Shown piece by piece: positions 29,601-36,215 of a stretch of 44,795 bases of DNA. A model generated the notes under the pieces. The model searched no databases. It was not told the origin of the DNA and saw only the letters and a list, made by a program, of their open reading frames with translations. The translations under genes and the position numbers were made by a program. Source of the DNA: a virus; IMG/VR virus record IMGVR_UViG_3300034196_000067, positions 1-44,795 of that record; one strand, written 5' to 3'. Each line of letters starts with the position of its first letter. Within the stretch, counting starts at the first letter, position 1.

Positions 29601-29979
29601 GCTTCACGCGCGTGTAGATGCCGGACTTGAGGCGAAGAAGGTGGTCGACTTGATACTCACCCCCGTCCACGATGAACGAGTAGCGAGAGGTGAGCTTGGG
29701 GACCCGAGCGAGTTGGATGGTCGACTTGGAGATGGGCTTGCCCGTGATGTTGTCGATCAGCTCCATCTCCGCCCGGATCGGCACACCCCAAGTCTGTTCG
29801 TTGTGCTTGGCTTGGAGCTGCGAAGCGACATCGTTCGGATCGAGAGTATCTTCCGCCCAGATTCTCTTGAGCGACAGAGTTCTCTGACTCGTCTGGATGG
29901 GGAAGATGCTGGAAATCTGCTGGATGACGCCATTGGTGAGGGTCGTCATCTTGTCGGCGGTCTTAGGCTCACCGGCCAC
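23668..29979 (-). CDS. Fused multisubunit-type RNA polymerase, beta-like N-terminal half + beta'-like C-terminal half in one 2103-aa polypeptide
   Basis: Beta motifs: [20 protein letters not shown] (cf. GTFIINGAERV..RSPGVYF), [65 protein letters not shown]. Beta' motifs: [24 protein letters not shown] (clamp N-terminus, Zn cysteines absent), [24 protein letters not shown] (catalytic Mg site), [33 protein letters not shown] (trigger loop/F-helix region). GTG start with GGAG SD. Confidence 0.85.
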   Translation of the reverse strand: [2103 protein letters not shown]

Positions 29980-30186
29980 GGGTGCTCCAGTTGCACCTCG
30001 CGCTGGGTGCTATATCTGTCAGCCCTCTCTCTGCGCGTCTAGAGGTCTTCGGGCCGTATCGACTCGATGCGAGGATACAAGCACGGCCCACAGCATGGCA
30101 ACGAAAAGGCTCGAAGATCCAAGGCATAAGAAGTTGCAGGAGAACTGGTAGGCATCTCTTGCTTTTACTCCGACCAGAGAGTGGTG
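29980..30186. promoter_or_regulatory. ~200-bp divergent regulatory region between the RNAP operon and the plus-strand regulatory island
   Basis: Non-coding gap flanked by divergent starts. Contains a TTGCAC...TATATC sigma70-like pair on the plus strand with a short 14-15 nt spacer (weak). Confidence 0.3.
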
Positions 30187-30302
30187 ATGAGCACCAAGCC
30201 TAACTCTACCGAGTTCGAAGAAGAAGTCCTGAGCTCGCTGTATGGAGACGAAGAGGGCAGCGATGACGTAGACGAAGGGACCGACGAGAGGGAGGAAGAG
30301 GT

Positions 30303-30413
30303 ATGGCAGGAATCTTCATAGGAGCGTTCGTGGTTGGAATGCTCAGCTACTTCGTGATGCGGTTCACGCAGGCTTTGCAGGAAGTCCAAGTGCAGCAGGG
30401 ATGGGGCTACTGA
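30303..30413 (+). CDS. Possible small single-TM peptide (36 aa)
   Basis: ATG preceded by GGGAGGAAGAGG SD. MAGIFIGAFVVGMLSYFVMRF hydrophobic helix. Followed closely by the next gene's SD/start. Confidence 0.3.
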   Translation: MAGIFIGAFVVGMLSYFVMRFTQALQEVQVQQGWGY

Positions 30414-30420
30414 GGGCACC

Positions 30421-30834
30421 ATGGATCGTCCGCCATTTTGCAAGATCCTCTTCGGGAAGAATGGAGGGAAGTTCACGGCGACAGGCTTGCCGGACTTCAA
30501 CCGAGAGGACGAGGACGATTGGGTCCGTGGGTGCTGTACCCGAGCCTTCGACTGCGGAAGTTGTCTCTTCCTCCAGGAGTGGCTCGCAGCTCTTCAGGCG
30601 CAAGGATGGGAGTTCGGTTGGGAGTGTGATCAGTGTCTAAGAGAGACCCTCCCCCTCGATCGGCAGAACGGAGTGACCCGGTCTGTGCAGGGCTTTTATC
30701 AAGCCGGGCGACGTGCAGGTCTCACTCCCGACGATCCTGATTACGATCCAGACATGCCAGGGCTCGAAGGTTGTACACGCAACTGTGGATGGGAGAGCAG
30801 TCTTCTACAACTCGTACTGAGGAAACGGCCATGA
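30421..30834 (+). CDS. Cys-rich protein (137 aa), probable zinc-binding
   Basis: GAGGG SD upstream. Contains CC...C..C and C..C..C...C clusters. Stop overlaps the next start (ATGA). Confidence 0.4.
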   Translation: MDRPPFCKILFGKNGGKFTATGLPDFNREDEDDWVRGCCTRAFDCGSCLFLQEWLAALQAQGWEFGWECDQCLRETLPLDRQNGVTRSVQGFYQAGRRAGLTPDDPDYDPDMPGLEGCTRNCGWESSLLQLVLRKRP

Positions 30835-31070
30835 GTGAAGCGGTTCTCGCAAGGAGCACGCAGTCGACTACGAAGAAGGTTGCTTGGTCCGAAGCCATGA
30901 AGATGGTGCAGGCCAAGATCAAGGACACGACGCAGCAGAAGGTGCTTCAAGCGATGCTCTCGGGGACGTACCCCTCTGGCGACATCGCTCGGAAGCTGGG
31001 CATCCCTTGCCGCGAGGTGGAGCGCATCAAGGACGCCATCTGGAAGATGATCGACGAGCTGGTGGGCTAG
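30831..31070 (+). CDS. Sigma-70 region-4/GerE-like HTH protein (79 aa), candidate transcription factor for the phage RNAP
   Basis: PSGDIARKLGIPCREVERIKDAIWKMI aligns with the sigma region 4.2 consensus [27 protein letters not shown]. Located immediately divergent from the RNAP gene. Confidence 0.45.
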   Translation: MSEAVLARSTQSTTKKVAWSEAMKMVQAKIKDTTQQKVLQAMLSGTYPSGDIARKLGIPCREVERIKDAIWKMIDELVG

Positions 31071-31286
31071 GTGTCTTGCGCCCTTTGCGGAGGGCCGATC
31101 CTCAAGGGGCAGTGGTGGGCGCGCACTCAGGCCTTCGTCAACATCATCGACGCGCATGGGCAGGCAGTATCCGTCCCTGTTGTCTTGGAGGACGGAGCTT
31201 CTAACAAAGAGGCTCACTACGGCTGTCTTCTCAAACGCTGCCCAGAACTGATCGGTGTGAAATGGGGTGAGCCGAGAGAACCATGA
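31071..31286 (+). CDS. Small Cys-containing protein (71 aa)
   Basis: GTG start directly after the upstream stop. CALCGG...C motif. Overlaps the next start (ATGA). Confidence 0.3.
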   Translation: MSCALCGGPILKGQWWARTQAFVNIIDAHGQAVSVPVVLEDGASNKEAHYGCLLKRCPELIGVKWGEPREP

Positions 31287-31867
31287 CCAACTTCTACAAT
31301 CCAACACCTCAACAAGGAACCCCATCTCTCGGGCCCTACACCGAGCAACAAGCTCCGTTCCTTGAATGCTCGAACTGCGGTACTCCGATCACGGTGGGGC
31401 AGCGCTACACCATGGTATGCGAGTACCTGCTAGGAGTGGACCTAGCCACAGGGCAGCTTGTTCCAGTGGCTTGTGTCGACTTCGAGGAAAGTGTAGCGGT
31501 CCACTCCGCGTGCTCCGCAGAGTACGCCCACGATCAGATCACCAAAGAGCCCTGCGGAAAGGACGAGGAAGATGCGCAGAGTGATTGTCCCTTCTGCGGA
31601 GCGGAGGGATGCACCCATTGTAGGGAACGTCTTCGAGAAGTTGATGCGTCCTTGCTCAAGGAACCAGTGACTCGTTCAGACATCCTCGACCAAGAGGATA
31701 TGATCGAGAACGCCGTAGGGGTTCAGAAGTTCCTCTTCGACCGGGTTCGGAACGGGCAGCCGGACACGGCTGTAACGAACGAGCTCTGGTACATCCATGA
31801 GCTTCTCAATCAAGCAGCCGAGAGGCTGTCGAACCTTCGAGCCGCAGGAGTGTTTCCAGACACGTAG
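31283..31867 (+). CDS. Zinc-finger-rich protein (194 aa)
   Basis: CSNCGT...C..C, CPFCGAEGCTHC cysteine clusters. Last gene before the terminator. Confidence 0.45.
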   Translation: MTNFYNPTPQQGTPSLGPYTEQQAPFLECSNCGTPITVGQRYTMVCEYLLGVDLATGQLVPVACVDFEESVAVHSACSAEYAHDQITKEPCGKDEEDAQSDCPFCGAEGCTHCRERLREVDASLLKEPVTRSDILDQEDMIENAVGVQKFLFDRVRNGQPDTAVTNELWYIHELLNQAAERLSNLRAAGVFPDT

Positions 31868-31878
31868 ATGTGGCGAGG

Positions 31879-31909
31879 AGAAGCCGACGAAGTTCGTCGG
31901 CTTCTTTTT
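31879..31909 (+). terminator. Rho-independent terminator at the convergent junction with the portal gene
   Basis: AGAAGCCGACGAA/TTCGTCGGCTTCT inverted repeat followed by TTTTTA. Confidence 0.55.
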
Positions 31910-31916
31910 AGCCTGT

Positions 31917-34022
31917 CTAGACGCCCGTCGAGGATGCCCGGCGAGTTGGGCGCTGCGTCGGTTGCGGAGTCTTGGCGTCGAGAGGGCTGGGTCCTCTGTT
32001 CTGGTTGATGATTTGGAGTACCAAATTCCCGAGCTGCGGATTCGACATCCGCACCTTGTTGATCTCCATCATCATCGCGCTCTCGCCTTGCTCGTCTCCG
32101 ACCTTCTTGATCTGGTTCGCTGCTCTCTTTGCCAGATAGAGAAGGTTGTAGCCGCCACCCTTCTGACCAAGCTGGAGCGGGCTGGACGCGGAGACAGGAA
32201 CCCCATCCGTCGGCGCTTGCTGCGCGTTGTCTGGAGAGACCGTCGACCCTTCTGGCATTCCTGGAGCGGCTTGGGGACCTGGGACCATCTCCCCTTCCTG
32301 CCCAGACTGCTGACCTCCCATGCCCGGCATCCCAGGCATGCCTCCAGCCTGGGATGGGTCTTGTCCCTCTCCCTGCGCGCCTGCCGGGCCGCCGGCACCT
32401 GCCTGAGCGTCGGCACCCGCTCCAGCGCCTGCCCCTTGCTGGCCACCCGCTCCCCCCGTCGCCTCCATGAGCTCCTGCTGCGCCTTTGCCTGATACCGGG
32501 TCTGGACCATCATCATCTCGCCCTGGATACCGGCTTGGGCGAGCTGCTGCTTCCGCATGACGTCGAGTTTGTGGTCCAGCTCCAGAGCCTTCCGCTCTTC
32601 CTCCACGGCGATGTCCTGGTCGACCTCGGATAGAAGCGTCTGGTCTGAGAGCTTGTCCGCCTGGTTGAGGGTGAACATGAAGTTGGAGCGCTGGAGATCG
32701 TCAGCCATCTTGAAGCGCTTCATGTGAGCCCGGACAATGGGCCACTGCATGAAGTTGGCGATTCGACGGATGACGAAGTTGTTGAGCATGTTCTCGTGGT
32801 CCTGACGGTACCCGATGAACATGTTCTCCAGCATTCGCATCGAAACGTTCGACCCCGAGTAGGTGAGGCCGCCGTAGACGAACTCTTGAGGAACGCCCAT
32901 GCCGGCCACGATCTGTTTCGACCAGACGTCCATCTCTTGGTAGAGACCGAGGGCCTTCCCGTCCCCTCCAATGGACTCGTTCCCGATCGGCACAGGAAGG
33001 ATGGGGAGGTAGTTGTTGTCGTACTTCCACTTGGCGATCTCTGCCTCGATACGCTGGCGCCAAGAGTTCAGGTCGAGAGTGGTGTACGGATCGCTGGTGT
33101 TTGAGCCTGCCTGGGGGAAGAGGATGCGCAGCGGGACGATGTGCTCCTGAGCGATCGACTCCTGAGCCTTGCGAAGGATCTGGAGGTAGAAGGTGTCCTT
33201 CAGGACCGGCAGGATGAGAGGCATGCCCCAGCCGTTGTCCTTCTGGGAGATGATGGGGCGCTTGAAGACGAAGATGTTGTCGTCGGTGAAGCGGATGTAC
33301 TTGTTGCGCCGCAGAGCCTCGACGAAGATGTCAGGGACGGTGTCGAGAACGTTCTTCTTCCCCAGGATAAGATCGTTCTTGAGCTGAAGGGGGAGTTCGA
33401 AGGTGTAGATGGGGTCTGCGCCACCGAAGCCCGGGTCGATGTTGATGTACTCCGGATTCCACCGCATCAGGCGGATGCGCCGCAAATCTCGGTCGTACCA
33501 GTCCAAGACAGCAGCAGGACCCTCCCTCCCGCACTTGTCACAAGAGATGATGTACTCCAAGTTACGCCACTTGTAGTGGATCTTGGAGGCCTTCTCCTTA
33601 TGCTTGCAGCTCTTGCAGATGAGGTACTTGGTGAAGGGGAAGTGGATGGTGACGGCGCAAATGCCGTAGGTGTAGTAGTCGAGCCCAACCTCGATCTGGA
33701 ATGCTCGGTACCGAAGATGCTGACCAAGCAGGATCTCCCACTTCTCACGGATCCGCTGATCCTTCTCGTCGATGACGATCTCGGTGACGGGGTACTCACT
33801 CATCTTGTGGATGACCACGTTGATGAGTGGGTTGACGAGATAGTAGTAGCGGCACCACCTGAGCAGCGCCTTCATCGAAGGCGGCAGATATGTGTGCGCG
33901 ATGTCGAAGAAGGGAGACGGGTAGCGAACACCACTGCGGTTCGTTCCGTCAGCGGTACGTCCGCGCTGTCCCGAGAACCGGGAAGCGCCTCCGTAACCGA
34001 GGGACAGGTTGTCGTAGCTCAT
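31917..34022 (-). CDS. Portal-like protein (701 aa) with Gln/Gly/Ala-rich C-terminal extension
   Basis: Size and general portal-like sequence character (e.g. VPLRILFPQAG, GMGVPQEFVYGG). Long helical low-complexity C-terminal 'barrel-like' tail. Sits amid internal-protein-like genes. Not confirmed by a diagnostic motif. Confidence 0.5.
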   Translation of the reverse strand: MSYDNLSLGYGGASRFSGQRGRTADGTNRSGVRYPSPFFDIAHTYLPPSMKALLRWCRYYYLVNPLINVVIHKMSEYPVTEIVIDEKDQRIREKWEILLGQHLRYRAFQIEVGLDYYTYGICAVTIHFPFTKYLICKSCKHKEKASKIHYKWRNLEYIISCDKCGREGPAAVLDWYDRDLRRIRLMRWNPEYINIDPGFGGADPIYTFELPLQLKNDLILGKKNVLDTVPDIFVEALRRNKYIRFTDDNIFVFKRPIISQKDNGWGMPLILPVLKDTFYLQILRKAQESIAQEHIVPLRILFPQAGSNTSDPYTTLDLNSWRQRIEAEIAKWKYDNNYLPILPVPIGNESIGGDGKALGLYQEMDVWSKQIVAGMGVPQEFVYGGLTYSGSNVSMRMLENMFIGYRQDHENMLNNFVIRRIANFMQWPIVRAHMKRFKMADDLQRSNFMFTLNQADKLSDQTLLSEVDQDIAVEEERKALELDHKLDVMRKQQLAQAGIQGEMMMVQTRYQAKAQQELMEATGGAGGQQGAGAGAGADAQAGAGGPAGAQGEGQDPSQAGGMPGMPGMGGQQSGQEGEMVPGPQAAPGMPEGSTVSPDNAQQAPTDGVPVSASSPLQLGQKGGGYNLLYLAKRAANQIKKVGDEQGESAMMMEINKVRMSNPQLGNLVLQIINQNRGPSPLDAKTPQPTQRPTRRASSTGV

Positions 34023-34028
34023 TGTGTG

Positions 34029-34760
34029 TTACCTCTGGCCCTGGAGCGGAACAGCAGGAATCGTTTTACGTCCCCTCATGCGATCTGCTGCTGCTCCGGC
34101 AAGGTCCCCGAGCTTCCCTCCGATCAGAGAAGCTGAGACACCTCCGGCGAAGCCGAACGGGGCTCCGATGATGCCACCAGCCTGATCCCCTACAAGCTTG
34201 GCCGCTCTGCGAAGTCGGCTATGCCCTTGCCCCGAAGGATCTTGGCTCTTCATCACATCACGAGCCCCGGTCGCTAGACCGTAGCCCATAAGTGCTTTCC
34301 ACCCAAAACCCAGAGGCTTCCCTCCTGGACGGAAAGTGGCCTGCATCCCTTGCTGGAAGCTCTTTTGAGGGGTAAGGAAAGCGGCGGCGGCTTGTCCCAT
34401 CTGACCAGCAGCGGTGGCTCCATAACTGGCAGCCCCTTGAGCTCCTCGCTGGGCCACGTTGCCGATGTAGCCGCCTACATCGCGCAAAAAAGAGATCTTC
34501 TTCAGGCCTTCCCGCGCCTTCTTCTTGTTGGCCTTCCCCCAAGACCGAAGCTCCAATCTCTTCGAAAGCTTTGGAGTGACGCTCTTCGCAGCCTTGCGCC
34601 CTACAGCATGTGCGTTGACACGGTTGTGCAGGTACGTCTGCGCGTCCCGGGACAGGTTCGTCCCTCGTATCTGAAGCATCTTCTTGGAGATGCCGGAAAT
34701 CTTCTCTAGCTCATCAAGGAACGCAGGGAGGGAGTCTCTGATCACGTGGCCCCCAGCCAA
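34029..34760 (-). CDS. Basic Gly/Ala-rich protein of the FDEL-KI family (243 aa)
   Basis: N-terminal SLPAFLDELEKISG. Gly/Ala-rich basic remainder. Immediately upstream of the portal gene. Confidence 0.5.
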   Translation of the reverse strand: MAGGHVIRDSLPAFLDELEKISGISKKMLQIRGTNLSRDAQTYLHNRVNAHAVGRKAAKSVTPKLSKRLELRSWGKANKKKAREGLKKISFLRDVGGYIGNVAQRGAQGAASYGATAAGQMGQAAAAFLTPQKSFQQGMQATFRPGGKPLGFGWKALMGYGLATGARDVMKSQDPSGQGHSRLRRAAKLVGDQAGGIIGAPFGFAGGVSASLIGGKLGDLAGAAADRMRGRKTIPAVPLQGQR

Positions 34761-35680
34761 CTCTTCAGAGTCGTGAGCTGTTCGGCAAGCTGCTTGCGGC
34801 GAATGTTCATGTAGTCGCGCGCCAGAAGTAGCTTGGAGACCTGCATGTCTTCCATACTCTCTTCGTCGGGATGGAACTCGACGAAGGGGAGCTTCTCTAC
34901 TTCCTTCCAGCGCTTGACGATGGGAGTCGGGTCGAACTTGACGATGAGATCGAGGTTCTTCCCCTTACCAGCATTCACCAGCTCTTGTCTTGGCTGAAGA
35001 GAGAGGCCTTGCAACGGATGTAGGCGATCCGTGCAGTTCGAGCAGAATCCGTCATGGAAGAGAGCAGACTCTTCGTTGCCACAATCCTGGCAGCGGTAGT
35101 GGGGCTGGGAGAGTTCGAGCTGCATGAAGTCCAGAGGAGGCGGCACGTAAAAGACGTTCTCTTCCAGCACAGTTGCTGCCATGTAGAGACGAACCTCGTC
35201 GCTGAACTTCTCACGACGAAGGAAGTCTAGGGCATCGACTGCCCCGTACAGCTCTTCCAGAGAGAGCATCTGCATGATGCGGAAGTTCGGAAGATGGTTG
35301 CCGTTCAAGGCATGCGCCACCTTCTCGAAGATCTGCCAGCGGGTCCATGGACCGGTGGAGGAGTGCAGAGCTTGGAGTGCGCGGATCTTCTGCCAACAGA
35401 TCTCCGAGACGCCGGTAGAGAACTCTTGAGAGATCTCTTCGCGAACCGTCTCAGGCTCCCACCGATACCAGTCAGACCCGAAGGCTCGTAGGAGAGAGAA
35501 GTCGAGGACGACGGGGTGGGTGTTGGGACGGATGAACAGGTTCCGAAGCGTGACCGGTTGAGAATAGTCTTGAGTCGGAGCCACGACGCGCTCCTCCGGA
35601 CTACCCTCGGTCGGAGCGGTCGGCTTGACCTCGTCCAAGGAACGAAGCTTCTCGAAAAGGGTGTCTTCAGGAGTCGGCAT
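34742..35680 (-). CDS. Hypothetical protein with zinc-ribbon (312 aa)
   Basis: YRCQDCGN...FCSNC. Start overlaps the stop of 35680..36207. Confidence 0.45.
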   Translation of the reverse strand: MPTPEDTLFEKLRSLDEVKPTAPTEGSPEERVVAPTQDYSQPVTLRNLFIRPNTHPVVLDFSLLRAFGSDWYRWEPETVREEISQEFSTGVSEICWQKIRALQALHSSTGPWTRWQIFEKVAHALNGNHLPNFRIMQMLSLEELYGAVDALDFLRREKFSDEVRLYMAATVLEENVFYVPPPLDFMQLELSQPHYRCQDCGNEESALFHDGFCSNCTDRLHPLQGLSLQPRQELVNAGKGKNLDLIVKFDPTPIVKRWKEVEKLPFVEFHPDEESMEDMQVSKLLLARDYMNIRRKQLAEQLTTLKSWLGAT

Positions 35681-36207
35681 CAGCGCTCGATGATGAAGGG
35701 CTCCGTTGCCTTCGGCAGCTCGATCGACCTCTTGGGCACTGTGTTCGACTTCGGAGTGAAGGAAGAGAGCATCGCGGCCCGTTGCGGATCTTGGTGAAGA
35801 CGGACAGGCGGGTGCGGTAGAACCTTCTTCTGAGCAGCTTGGAAGGCGTGCCCCAGAGCGTCAGCCTTCATGCTCCCGACCGCCGCCCTCCCTGCCCGCG
35901 CTACTCCGCTAGGCCCGAAAGGCAGCCCCGCCTTCTTCATCTTCTTGAAGGCAGAGTGCGCAAGGTGGGCAGCCGAGGGAACGCCGAGAACACCAAGGCC
36001 TGCCAGTTCGTACTTCGCGTGCCTCTTCTCTTCGTCCGAGGCCGGGTTGTTCTTGCGGAGCTTGGCGGCGCTTGGAACGGCGAGAACGCCGAGGCCCCCA
36101 AGCTCCGCGCCGTGAGCTAGATGACCTCCGTGCTGAGCAAGGAAGCCGGAGAGGCCGGCGATCTTCTGGAACTCGTCGGCGAAGGCGTGAACGGTGGTCA
36201 AGTGCAT
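35680..36207 (-). CDS. Basic Gly/Ala-rich protein of the FDEL-KI family with internal tandem repeat (175 aa)
   Basis: N-terminal VHAFADEFQKIAGL. Repeated ELxGLGVLxVPSAAxL units are mirrored at DNA level by ggaacgccgagaacaccaaggcc / ggaacggcgagaacgccgaggcc. Confidence 0.5.
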   Translation of the reverse strand: MHLTTVHAFADEFQKIAGLSGFLAQHGGHLAHGAELGGLGVLAVPSAAKLRKNNPASDEEKRHAKYELAGLGVLGVPSAAHLAHSAFKKMKKAGLPFGPSGVARAGRAAVGSMKADALGHAFQAAQKKVLPHPPVRLHQDPQRAAMLSSFTPKSNTVPKRSIELPKATEPFIIER

Positions 36208-36215
36208 GACGTCTC

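Noticed and set aside
29990-30015. TTGCAC ... TATATC sigma70-like promoter upstream of the regulatory island
   Set aside because: The spacer is only 14-15 nt. Without conservation or transcript data this is no better than chance in a 200-bp region.
33141-34136. 331-aa plus-strand ORF antisense to the portal gene
   Set aside because: Shadow ORF. The portal frame is far longer and protein-like.
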